Source of the DNA: an uncultured delta proteobacterium
GTDB lineage: Bacteria; Myxococcota_A; Polyangia; Haliangiales; Haliangiaceae
DNA: 64,000 bases
Reading direction: 5' to 3'
Assembly: GCA_963743525.1 (NCBI GenBank)
Contig: CAVUQH010000004.1
Span: forward strand, 288,001-352,000
The position numbers were made by a program, and so were the translations under genes. A model generated the notes under the pieces. It was given only the letters and a program-made list of their open reading frames with translations. It was not told where the DNA came from and searched no databases. This document shows positions 10,606-25,546 of the stretch, piece after piece; position 1 is the first letter of the stretch, and each line of letters begins with the position of its first letter.

Positions 10606-10837
10606 TCGGACTCGCTCGGCTCGTTGGGGGGCGCTAGGCAGTCGCCTAATTGCGCGGATCGTAATTGATTCTTCGACAGCTTGGCAACGCGTGCTCGGAC
10701 ATTTGGGGCCTGCGCTCCTCGACCTGGGACCGCATCCCCGAACGTACGTGCGCGGCGCACATTCTCCGCGTAGGCGGCCCGACGATCATAACGCAGCCAC
10801 TACAGAATTTTCCAGGACATGACCGGTTTCCGCCCTT

Positions 10838-10854
10838 TGGGCGTGTCGCTTGCA
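10838..10854 (+). promoter_or_regulatory. Putative sigma54 -24/-12 promoter for the PilZ gene
   Basis: TGGGCGTGTCGCTTGCA: GG-N10-GC. Confidence 0.4.
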
Positions 10855-10908
10855 TTACCGTTTCTTGGTAAGCCTGACTCGAGGGACCAACCGCCAGGAC
10901 CAAAGCCG

Positions 10909-11553
10909 ATGCGCCTGCTCACGATGCCGTTCATCTCCTCCGCGGAGTTCTTGTCGCACTACTCCACCAAGCACCCGGACGGCGCCCTGTTCTGCCGCAC
11001 CCGCACCGAGCTCGAGGTGGATGAGCCGGTTCTGGTCGAGATCTCGTTCCCCGGCCTGCCCAATCGGGCGCTGGTGCGGGCCCACGTCCACTCGCTGGAG
11101 GCCGGCAAGGGAGCGTGGCTGGTCATCGAGAAGGTCAACTCGTCCACCCGCGACTTCGTGGTCGGCCTGGCGCGCGGCGAGATCGAGGTGACCCACCCGA
11201 CCGAGCGCTCCTACAGCCGCTTTCCCGCGACCCTGCCGGTGGCCATCCGCGTCGCCGACGAGAGCGACACCAAGCAGCATCCGGCCCTGGCCGAGACCCG
11301 GACCGGCGACGTCAGCGCTGGCGGCGTGTTCATCCACTCCGAGACCCCGCCGCCCGTGGGCACGCGGGTGCAGCTGGTGATCGAGCCACCGGGCGAGGCT
11401 GACCGCTTCTCCCTCGAGGGCGAGGTCAGCTGGATCGGCGACGGCGGCTTCGGCGTCCACTTCAGCGACAAGCGTCGCGAGGACAACCGGCGACTGCGCA
11501 CATTGCTGCGACGCGCGTCCGAGAGTGGACGCGTTCGATTCGCTGCAACCTAG
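10909..11553 (+). CDS. Tandem PilZ-type protein
   Basis: ERSYSRFP and DVSAGGVF motifs; degenerate N-terminal PilZ-like domain (GALFC..VEISFPG). Confidence 0.82.
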   Translation: MRLLTMPFISSAEFLSHYSTKHPDGALFCRTRTELEVDEPVLVEISFPGLPNRALVRAHVHSLEAGKGAWLVIEKVNSSTRDFVVGLARGEIEVTHPTERSYSRFPATLPVAIRVADESDTKQHPALAETRTGDVSAGGVFIHSETPPPVGTRVQLVIEPPGEADRFSLEGEVSWIGDGGFGVHFSDKRREDNRRLRTLLRRASESGRVRFAAT

Positions 11554-11571
11554 GCTGGCGAGGCGCGAGAG

Positions 11572-11730
11572 CTACGCGTTGGGGGCCGGCTGGCCCGGCT
11601 CGCCGCAGGCCGCGAACAGCTCCGCCTCGCTCGGCGTCGAGCTGCGGGCAGCCACGTTCTTGCGGCGGCGACCCATCTTCTTGTGCCGGCGCTTGCGCTT
11701 GCTCTCGGTCTTTTTGGTGTTCGAAGCCAC
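11572..11730 (-). CDS. 52-aa highly basic small protein (not in the ORF track)
   Basis: GTG start: MASNTKKTESKRKRRHKKMGRRRKNVAARSSTPSEAELFAACGEPGQPAPNA*; GC3-rich codons; promoter directly upstream. Confidence 0.7.
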   Translation of the reverse strand: MASNTKKTESKRKRRHKKMGRRRKNVAARSSTPSEAELFAACGEPGQPAPNA

Positions 11731-11739
11731 GGAGGGCGT

Positions 11740-11769
11740 TATCTAGCCGCCCCGGGCCCCGGCTGTCAA
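11740..11769 (-). promoter_or_regulatory. Putative sigma70 promoter of the small basic protein
   Basis: Perfect TTGACA, 18-nt spacer, TAGATA. Confidence 0.5.
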
Positions 11770-11800
11770 GCGGCTCGCGCCCGCGGCGGCGCGAGAGCGG

Positions 11801-13978
<2,178 letters not shown>

Positions 13979-14029
13979 GTACAGCCGAGGGGGTTGCCTC
14001 AGCTGTAAATGTACCGCAAAAACCCCCGC

Positions 14030-14737
14030 TCAGCGGGCGGCCAGGGGCGCCCGGCTGCCGCCGACGGGAATCCCGGTAGGGGCGTCGTCGGTGAACTTCC
14101 AGGTAAAGGTGAACGCCACTCCGCCGCGCGACACCACCAGGGTCAACCGCTTGACATCGGGGGTGAACAGGTCGCGCGAGTAGAAGACGAAGTCACCCAC
14201 CCCGCGGAAGACCGACAGGGCGCCCAGCGGCTGCCGCCGCTTGTAGCCATCGTTGTAGATGGCGGTGATGTCGCCGAACTCGTTGCGGCGCACGCTGCGG
14301 GTCTCGTAGTCCCACATGTAACAGACGTGGTGGGCGGCGTCGGCCTCGATCGCCTCGGGCACGTAGCGGTGACCCTTGTCGTCGACGATCCACGCCTTCC
14401 ACGTGTGCAGGTCGGCGTACTCGCGCCACTTGTGCTCGATCTGCACGTGGAAGCGCAAGCGATCGCGCGACACCACGGTGAAGCTGGCGCTGTTCATCAG
14501 CGGGTAGCGCCGTTTGATCATGAGCGAGCCGCCGTAGTCGTGCGCCGGCTCGGGCATGCTGAGCTCCATGTCGCCGGTGACGATGGTGATCTTCTCCGAG
14601 TCGCGGAGCGTCTCGGTGGGATGCGCCAGGGGATTGGGCTGCGTGGCCTTGCCCTTGAACACGCGCGTGCAGCCCTGCGTGACGACCCCTAATGCGACGA
14701 GAGAGAAGAACCATCCAATCCGACGCACGCCACCCAT
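14030..14737 (-). CDS. Hypothetical lipoprotein
   Basis: Hydrophobic N-terminus ending TQGC; good codon usage; start uncertain. Confidence 0.7.
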   Translation of the reverse strand: MGGVRRIGWFFSLVALGVVTQGCTRVFKGKATQPNPLAHPTETLRDSEKITIVTGDMELSMPEPAHDYGGSLMIKRRYPLMNSASFTVVSRDRLRFHVQIEHKWREYADLHTWKAWIVDDKGHRYVPEAIEADAAHHVCYMWDYETRSVRRNEFGDITAIYNDGYKRRQPLGALSVFRGVGDFVFYSRDLFTPDVKRLTLVVSRGGVAFTFTWKFTDDAPTGIPVGGSRAPLAAR

Positions 14738-14822
14738 AATTCAAGCGTGACGGGTTGGTGAGCACGTGTCAACGCACACCTCGCGCCGCGCGGCGAGCGG
14801 CCTCGCGCCTGCCGTGAACGGG

Positions 14823-15453
14823 TCAGTTCGAAACCTGGCGGGCGTGCCCCGCGGAGATCAACTGCCTGGCCTTGACCGCACCCGCTGCGTCGGAACGTGC
14901 CACCAGGTAGATTGACCGCAACGTGGCGTAGGCGTCGTCTAGCACCTCGTTGACGATGACATGGTCGTACTCGGCCCAGTGCGTCAGCTCGTCGAGCGCC
15001 TTGCGCAAACGGCGCTGGATCACGTCCTCGTCGTCGGTGGCCCTGCGGCGAAGACGCTGCTCCAGGCTGGCCAGGTCCGGCGGTAGGATGAACACCTTCA
15101 CCGCGTCACCCGGCCACTGGCTGGACAGCGACTGTCCACCCTGCCAGTTGACGTCGAAGATCACGTCGCGGCCACCGACCAACGCGCGGTCGACTGTCTC
15201 GCTCGACGTGCCGTAGCGGTTGCCGTGGACCTCGGCCCACTCGGCAAACTCGTCGGCGTTGACCATGCGCTGGAACTCGGCGTCGTCGACGAAGTGGTAG
15301 TCGACGCCGTTGCGCTCGCCGACGCGCGGCTTGCGCGTGGTGAACGACACCGAGAACTCGGCGTGCTCGGCGAACTCGTCGAGGAGCCGCCGCGCCAGGG
15401 TCGTCTTTCCCGCCCCCGACGGCGACGAGATGATCACCAGCTTGCCGCGACTG

Positions 15454-15461
<8 letters not shown>
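14823..15461 (-). CDS. gmk: Guanylate kinase
   Basis: IISSPSGAGKTT, SVSFTTRKPR.GE.NGVDYHF, EWAEVHGNRYGT, FILPP. Confidence 0.96.
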
Positions 15462-16335
<874 letters not shown>

Positions 16336-16498
16336 CGAACGTTGATACCACGGCAGTCTGGCAGCCCGGGAGTCGCGACGGTCGGCCTCTACCGCAGCGG
16401 TGGATTCGGCCACGCCACTGTAGGGGACCGCGACGCCCGGCGGCGGGCCCGCGCCGGCGCCGATCGAGATCTCGCGCAGTTGGCGACCCGGCCCGGTC

Positions 16499-16514
16499 TG
16501 GCACGGGCCTTGGA
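16499..16514 (+). promoter_or_regulatory. Putative sigma54-like promoter (variant -12)
   Basis: TGGCAC-GGGCC-TTGGA just upstream of the ATG at 16527. Confidence 0.4.
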
Positions 16515-16526
16515 GTACCCAGGGCC

Positions 16527-17192
16527 ATGAAGACGTTCGCCACGGTCACCGCCGCCTGCCTCGCCCTGCTCGTCGTTGCCGCCCCCGCCTCCGCCCAGGC
16601 CCCCGGCCAGGGCCCGGCCGCCTACGACCCGACCCCGGTCGCCCCGCCGGCGCCGCCGCGCATCGAGACCTGGTCGGTCGGCGCCCACGTCGCCTCGCTC
16701 AGCCTGGCGCCCAAGGGCGACCAGAGCGGCGACGCCCAGACCGACATGGGCGGCGGCGGCCTGCACGTGCGCTACCGGATGAGCCCGCGCTGGGGCTTCG
16801 AGCTGTCGCTCGACGACGTCAAGGGCGACATCGCCCAGGGCATGACCCGCGAATCGGGCAGCGCCACGCTGTCGGTCGCCTTTCACATGCGCCCGGGGCA
16901 GCGCTGGGACTGGTACTTCCTGGCCGGCGTCGGCGGCGGCACCGAGAAGGTCACCCGCGACGGCAAGATGGGCGACACCATCGAGGAGACCTTCCAGCAG
17001 AGCCAGGTCCAGCTGGGCGCCGGTCTCGAGCGCCGCTTCGGCAGCTTTGGCGTCTCGGCCGAGCTGCGCCTGATCGGCGCCAAGGTCAACCCGGACGAGG
17101 GCGACGCCCCCAGCTACACCGACATGACCGCGCCGATCCCGTTCGAGAGCAACGGCGGCTCGTTCCGCCTCGCCGGCACGTATTACTTCTAG
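16527..17192 (+). CDS. Outer-membrane beta-barrel protein (OmpA-like barrel)
   Basis: Signal peptide ASA-Q; amphipathic strands; C-terminal GTYYF. Confidence 0.82.
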   Translation: MKTFATVTAACLALLVVAAPASAQAPGQGPAAYDPTPVAPPAPPRIETWSVGAHVASLSLAPKGDQSGDAQTDMGGGGLHVRYRMSPRWGFELSLDDVKGDIAQGMTRESGSATLSVAFHMRPGQRWDWYFLAGVGGGTEKVTRDGKMGDTIEETFQQSQVQLGAGLERRFGSFGVSAELRLIGAKVNPDEGDAPSYTDMTAPIPFESNGGSFRLAGTYYF

Positions 17193-17209
17193 GCCGTTCG
17201 CGGTAACGT

Positions 17210-17395
17210 CGGCGGCACCGATGCGAGAGTGCCGATCGGTTTGCGACGCGAAGCGAAATCGCGTAGATGCGAGCAGGGCAAGGAGCGAAGAAGGAGTTGG
17301 GTGGGCCCCAGCGACTGATGAGCGACGCCGCCATGCGACGCAGCTACGCGATTTGGCGAGCGTTCGTAAACCGGTCGTCGCTCTCGGTGCCGCCG
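17210..17395. repeat. Long imperfect inverted repeat (REP/MITE-like element)
   Basis: Paired arms: CGGCGGCACCG/CGGTGCCGCCG, CGATCGGTTTGCGA/TCGTAAACCGGTCG, AAATCGCGTAGATGCG/CGCAGCTACGCGATTT. Confidence 0.65.
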
Positions 17396-18635
17396 TCGTG
17401 CTTTTCGGGCTGGTCGTCGCGCTGGGCCCCGCCTGCGGTCACCGCGGCGAGCCGGCGCAGGCGCGCCCGCGGCTGCGGTTGTGGCACACCTTCAACCCGA
17501 CCGAGACCGGGGCGCTCAACGCCTTCCTCGCCGCGCGCAAGGGCAAGGGCGCGGTCGAGACCACGCTGCTGCCGTTCCAGCGCGGGCAGACGATCCTCGG
17601 CGAGGTGCTGGCCGGCGGCGGCGACTGTCCCGACCTGGTGCGCATGGACGCGACCTGGATCCCGGAGTTGGCGCGGGCCAACCTCTTGTCCCCGGCGCCG
17701 GCCGACGTGGCGTCGGCGCGCCAGTGGCTGCCCGAGGCCAGCGCGCTGGCGTCCGACGGCGGCGTGCAGTACGGGCTGCCCCAGCGCCTCGACGGCCTGG
17801 CGCTGATCTATCGCCAGGCGACGGTGAAGAACGCCGGCATCGAGTGGCCGCCGCCGACGCTGGGCGCGCTGCTGGCGGCGGCGCGGCGGATGACCGGCGG
17901 CGGCAACCACGGCCTCGGCGTGCGCGTCAACGGCTACTGGTTCGTCGCCTTCTTGCGCGCGTGGGGCGGTGAGCTGCTCGACCCGACGGCGGGCACGCTG
18001 GGCATCGATCGACCGATCGCGCGCACCGCGCTCGAGCGCTTCTCCGACTTCTTCGGCCCGGCCGGCATCGCCGGTCCGCCGCCGCCCAGCGGCGACGAGG
18101 CCCAGGACGAGTTCCGCCGCTTCCGCGCCGGGTCGCTGGCGGTCGTGGTCGACGGCCCATGGGCGGTGACCGAGCTCGGCGGCGGGTCGACCGACGGCCT
18201 GGGCGTGGCCGCGTTCCCGCCCGCCCCGGACGGCTCGCCGGCGGCGCCGCGCGGCGCACAGATGTTCGTCGTGCCGCGCTGCGCGCGCGAGCCGGCCCGA
18301 GCGTGGGCGCTGGCGCTCGAGCTGACCGCACCCGAGGTGCAGGCCGACTGGGCCCGGCGCTTCGGCCTGGTGCCGGCAACTCGGGGCGGCCTGGCCAACG
18401 CCGGCCCGTTCGTGCAGTCGTTCTACCGCGCGCTGCAGGTGACCCGTCCCCTGCCCCGCTCGCCGGTCTCGGCCGAGATGTTCGACGACCTCAACCCGGC
18501 GATCGCCGCAGTCGTCGCCGGCGACGCCACCGCCGCCGAGGCGCTGGCCGGGGTGGCGCGGGCGTGGACCCGGTTGCTCGAGCGCCACGGCGTACACGAG
18601 CCGGTGCCGCCGGCGGACGCAGGAGTGACGCCGTG

Positions 18636-18636
<1 letters not shown>
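17353..18636 (+). CDS. Extracellular sugar-binding lipoprotein (MalE/SBP family 1-like)
   Basis: Lipobox LGPAC; LRLWH, PDLVRMD, YGLP...LALIY, VDGPW; start uncertain (TTG). Confidence 0.85.
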
Positions 18637-20411
<1,775 letters not shown>

Positions 20412-20412
20412 G

Positions 20413-21777
<1,365 letters not shown>

Positions 21778-21840
21778 GGTCAGATCCAACTTTTGAAACT
21801 TACGCTGCGCACCCACCCGTAATCGCTGCGGGAATCCCGC

Positions 21841-22629
21841 TCAGTCCCGGCGCCGCAGCACCGCGACCACGTCGAGTCGCTCCGCGCCCAGCTCGTGGGT
21901 GACCGCCGGGTCGTAGTCGAAGTCGTGCACCGCCACCAGCTGTAGCGCCGGCACTCGAGCGATCAGCCGGCGAAACTGCGCCGCACTGTAGGTGCGGAAC
22001 TTCCAGCTGGTCTCCTGCCGCGCGACCAGCTCGCCGCCGCGCCGCACCGTGAGCCGCGACCGCACCTCTTCGAGCCGCGCGCTCGGGTTCGACGGCGCGG
22101 TGTCGACCTCGCAGCGAACATCGATGCCGCCGCGGACCTCGTGCCAGCGCTCGCGATCGGTCGTGCGGTCCTCGTACTCGGTCAGGTGGAAGCCGAGCAG
22201 ATAGACGCCGCCCGGGACCAGCGCGTCGGCCACCAACTCCAGGTGCGCGCGCGCGTCGGCAGCCCGCGTCAGATACTTGAAGGTGCTGACGAAACAGTGC
22301 GCCAGGTCGAACGGCCGCCGGTACGAGAACGACTCCATCCGGCCTACCCGCAACGACGCCGACACCTTGCGCGCGACCAGCCGCCGGGCGGCAAAGTCGA
22401 GCATCGGACGACTGGCATCGAAGCCACTGACCGCGAAGCCGCGCTCGGCCAGCGCCGCGATCAGGCGCCCCGAGCCGCACGCCGGCTCGAGCAGCCGGCG
22501 TTTGCCCCGCGCGCCGATCCACCGCGCGTACATCGCCTCCACGAACGCCACCTCGGCGGCGGTGTGCTGGTCGAAGATGATGTCGTAGTAGAGCGGCGTG
22601 TCGTACCAGTCAACCGCGCGGAAGGCCAT
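21841..22629 (-). CDS. Class I SAM-dependent methyltransferase
   Basis: LLEPACGSGR, GFDAS..ML, L.PGG. Confidence 0.9.
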   Translation of the reverse strand: MAFRAVDWYDTPLYYDIIFDQHTAAEVAFVEAMYARWIGARGKRRLLEPACGSGRLIAALAERGFAVSGFDASRPMLDFAARRLVARKVSASLRVGRMESFSYRRPFDLAHCFVSTFKYLTRAADARAHLELVADALVPGGVYLLGFHLTEYEDRTTDRERWHEVRGGIDVRCEVDTAPSNPSARLEEVRSRLTVRRGGELVARQETSWKFRTYSAAQFRRLIARVPALQLVAVHDFDYDPAVTHELGAERLDVVAVLRRRD

Positions 22630-22662
22630 GGGGCGCGGGCGTAACGAATCGCCCGCGCCGGG

Positions 22663-23163
22663 TCAAGTCAGAGCGCGCAGCAACACGTCGAGGCGCTCCA
22701 GCGTCGAGGTCAGGCCGGCCTCGATACCCATCTGCAGCACCTTCTGCAGGTCCTCCGGCGACGCGTAGGACACCACCGTGCGGACCACGGTTCGCTCGCC
22801 GGCATCGGTGAAGGTGACGTCCCACCGCGACCGGGGCAGCTCGGGATTCAGCTCCCCGGCGCTGTCGCAGAAGCCGTCCAGCGCCGTGAAGCCGTCGATC
22901 GGCTGGATGGTCTGGTAGTCCAGACGCCCCCAGTACTCGGTTCCGTTCGGCTCGACCATCGCGTAGTGCCAGCGCCCGCCCTCGCGAAAGTCCATGAAGC
23001 CGGTCTTGGTGGTGAGCGGCTCCGGCGCAAACCACCGGTCGAGCAGCTCGCTCTTGCTGTAGCAATCCCACACCAGGGACCGCCGGGCGGCGAACTCTCT
23101 CACCGTGGTGATCGTGCTCTCCGCCTCGTCGACGAGAAAATCGAACCGCAGGTCACTCTTCAT
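22663..23163 (-). CDS. SRPBCC/AHSA1 domain protein
   Basis: REFAA.RSLVW...LLDRWFAP..MDFREGGRWHYAM. Confidence 0.9.
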   Translation of the reverse strand: MKSDLRFDFLVDEAESTITTVREFAARRSLVWDCYSKSELLDRWFAPEPLTTKTGFMDFREGGRWHYAMVEPNGTEYWGRLDYQTIQPIDGFTALDGFCDSAGELNPELPRSRWDVTFTDAGERTVVRTVVSYASPEDLQKVLQMGIEAGLTSTLERLDVLLRALT

Positions 23164-23497
23164 TGTCCGCTCCATTCAGCGTCAACAACAGATTGTCGAG
23201 CTTGTCGTATCGGCTCTCCCACAGAGCCCGTTGTTCATCGAACCACCGCTCGGCGGCCGCCAGCTTCTTGCGCCGGAGCGTGCACGTCCGCACGCGCCCG
23301 CTTTTCTTGGAAACGATCAGTCCCGAGCTCTCGAGCACACCGAGGTGCTTCATGAACGACGGCAACGCCATGTCGAACGGCGCGGCCAGCTCGCTCACGC
23401 TCGCCGTTCCCCTGCCCAGCCGCTGGACCACGGCCCGGCGAGTCGGATCCGCCAGTGCGCGAAACACCGAATCGAGCCGCGGCGAATAGTTTCCCAT
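23153..23497 (-). CDS. ArsR/SmtB family transcriptional regulator
   Basis: FRALADPTRR..SVSELA.PF.M.LPSFMKHL.VLE.SGLI..K.GR. Confidence 0.93.
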   Translation of the reverse strand: MGNYSPRLDSVFRALADPTRRAVVQRLGRGTASVSELAAPFDMALPSFMKHLGVLESSGLIVSKKSGRVRTCTLRRKKLAAAERWFDEQRALWESRYDKLDNLLLTLNGADNEE

Positions 23498-23545
23498 GCG
23501 GCTAACTATTACCTGCCAAAAATAGTTAGGTCAACAGCTAACCAT
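23485..23545. promoter_or_regulatory. Two tandem palindromic operators, probably for ArsR autoregulation
   Basis: AATAGTTTCCCATGCGGCTAACTATT (over the start codon) and ATAGTTAGGTCAACAGCTAACCAT. Confidence 0.65.
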
Positions 23546-23593
23546 CACGGGGCAACGTTCCTGTGGTCCAACCCTATGAAATCGAGAACGTTG

Positions 23594-23643
23594 TAGAGAG
23601 AAATGACCACAACTGCCCGAGCAGCTCTGGTCACTTCTCCCTA
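23594..23643 (-). terminator. Long stem-loop between the TolB-like gene and the ArsR operon
   Basis: About 23-bp stem with a 4-nt loop; most mismatches become G-U pairs on the minus strand; no U-tract. Confidence 0.4.
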
Positions 23644-23690
23644 GAGTCCGTTTGATATCGATGACTTGAGAGGTAGGAACGCTACCCCGG

Positions 23691-25454
23691 TCAATTGATC
23701 GGAACGACCTGCTCGGTCCACTGCGCGATGTGGTTGTTCGACGTGATGTTCTGCGCCGGCAAGCGGAAGGCGGGGCGGCTGGGATCCATGCCCGCGTCCA
23801 TCCGATCGGGGAAGAACGGCGCCATCCAGATCTGCGGGCGCGCGCCGTTGGCCAGGCGAACGCCGAAGGCGCGCTTGGACGAGAAGGTGAACCAGTACAT
23901 CGTCTCACCCGACAGCGACTCGACGAACGGCGTCCACCGCGGCCACGAGTTGGTCAAGCCGGTGCCGACGTTGGCCGAGTCGATCTTGGTCGGGCCGACG
24001 GAGCCGTCGCCCTTGACCACCCACAGCTCGGCGGTGCCGTCGTCGTAGGCGTCCTCGGACGAGCGGTTGAACATCAGCCATTTGCCGTCCGGCGACCACG
24101 ACGGGTAGTAGTTGTTGACGCCGACGCTGCCCGGCACCAACACCTGCGGCGCGCCGAACGTACCGGTTGACGGGTCGAACGACATCACGGCGATGCTGCC
24201 GGCGTCGAAGTGCCAGTCGGCGGCCGGAGAGCCGACCTGCACGAAGGCGATCTTGTCGCCGGTGGGCGAGAAGTCAGGGTGCGTCGCCCAGCCGCCGGTG
24301 GCGACCGTGCCCAGGTCGGCGCCATCGCTGGCCTGTCGCAGATTCATCACCCCCTTGTAGACGGTGACGATGCGGTTGCCGTTGGGCTCGTAGGTGGCGA
24401 AGTTCCAGTGGAAGGTGCCGTCGGTCGCCAGCATCTCGGTGCGCGTGCCGACGTCGACGATCGACGCGGCGCCGTCGCCGCCGTCGTAGGTGATCGCCAT
24501 CTTGGTGCCGTCGCGCGACAGCACGTGGCAGGCGACGCAGCGGTTACTGGGCGACTGCGCGGTGGTGTAGAACTCCTCGGCCGGATCGCCCGGGTGGCTC
24601 ATGTCGTGGCGGTAGATGCCGGCCGACGCGCCGCCGTCGGCCTTCGACGCCCAGTAGTAGATGCCGCCGACCACGTCTTCCTCGCTGAGGCCGACCGAGA
24701 TGGTCAACGACGCGCCGGCCTTGGTCGGATCGGCGCGGACCATGCCGCGGACGCTGACCGACAGCGTGCCGGCGCGCTCGGACAGGCCGGCGATCGACCA
24801 CTCCGCCGGCAGATACGCGACCCAGTTGCCGGCATTGGCCGTGCCGGGAACGTACAGACGCAGGTTAACGTGCGCGCCGACCAGCGCGACCTCGAACAGA
24901 TCGGCGCCGCCGCTGTCGACCCAGTGGACCTCGAAGTCGCCCAGGTTGGGCGGCACCAGCGTGCCGTCGTTGGGATACACCAGCGCTGGCGCCAGCGACG
25001 GATCGTCGGTCGCGGTGTCGAACCAGCCGGGCGCCTCGGTCGGCGCGCCGGAGATGACGCGGTGGTCCTTCACATCCACCGTCAGCTGCGCCGTGTCCTG
25101 CAGCCCCATGTAGCTGGCGGTCACCCCGGTCACGCCACCGACGGTGCCCGACGTGGTGAACAGCTCGTTGGAGAAGGTGCCCAGGTTGACGTCGGTGACG
25201 CTGAAGGTGGCGTCGGTGGTGACGTCGCGGGTGGTGCCGTCGCGGAAGGTCAGCGTGGCGCTGTAGGCCTGCTGCACCGCCGCGCCGTCGACCATCGTCA
25301 GCGTCAGATCGCCGGGGCCGATGGTCAGCGTCGCGTCGAGCGTGCCGCCGTCGCCGTCGCCACCTCCATCGGTGCCCTTGTCATGGCCGGGGCCACACGC
25401 GGCGAGCGAGAGGAACAACAACAAGAAGGCGGATCTCGACCAGGCTGGGGGCAT
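23691..25454 (-). CDS. Lipoprotein with Ig-like domain and TolB-like (PD40) beta-propeller
   Basis: Lipobox LAAC; HPDFSPTG and YPSWSPDGKW repeats; CVACH. Confidence 0.82.
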   Translation of the reverse strand: MPPAWSRSAFLLLFLSLAACGPGHDKGTDGGGDGDGGTLDATLTIGPGDLTLTMVDGAAVQQAYSATLTFRDGTTRDVTTDATFSVTDVNLGTFSNELFTTSGTVGGVTGVTASYMGLQDTAQLTVDVKDHRVISGAPTEAPGWFDTATDDPSLAPALVYPNDGTLVPPNLGDFEVHWVDSGGADLFEVALVGAHVNLRLYVPGTANAGNWVAYLPAEWSIAGLSERAGTLSVSVRGMVRADPTKAGASLTISVGLSEEDVVGGIYYWASKADGGASAGIYRHDMSHPGDPAEEFYTTAQSPSNRCVACHVLSRDGTKMAITYDGGDGAASIVDVGTRTEMLATDGTFHWNFATYEPNGNRIVTVYKGVMNLRQASDGADLGTVATGGWATHPDFSPTGDKIAFVQVGSPAADWHFDAGSIAVMSFDPSTGTFGAPQVLVPGSVGVNNYYPSWSPDGKWLMFNRSSEDAYDDGTAELWVVKGDGSVGPTKIDSANVGTGLTNSWPRWTPFVESLSGETMYWFTFSSKRAFGVRLANGARPQIWMAPFFPDRMDAGMDPSRPAFRLPAQNITSNNHIAQWTEQVVPIN

Positions 25455-25546
25455 TTCGGCGCGATCGTAACACCGCCAGCCCCGCGATTTAGTGACCAAT
25501 TTCTCCGTGACTGCAGATACCGCCGGCCGGTCGGGCCAATCGATCG

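Noticed and set aside
10606..10908. Riboswitch or sRNA in the 300-bp kinase/PilZ intergenic region
   Set aside because: No recognisable aptamer motif by eye; an Rfam scan would be needed.
21778..21840. REP-like GGGTCAGATCC sequence after the regulator
   Set aside because: Single short copy with no partner or RAYT transposase.
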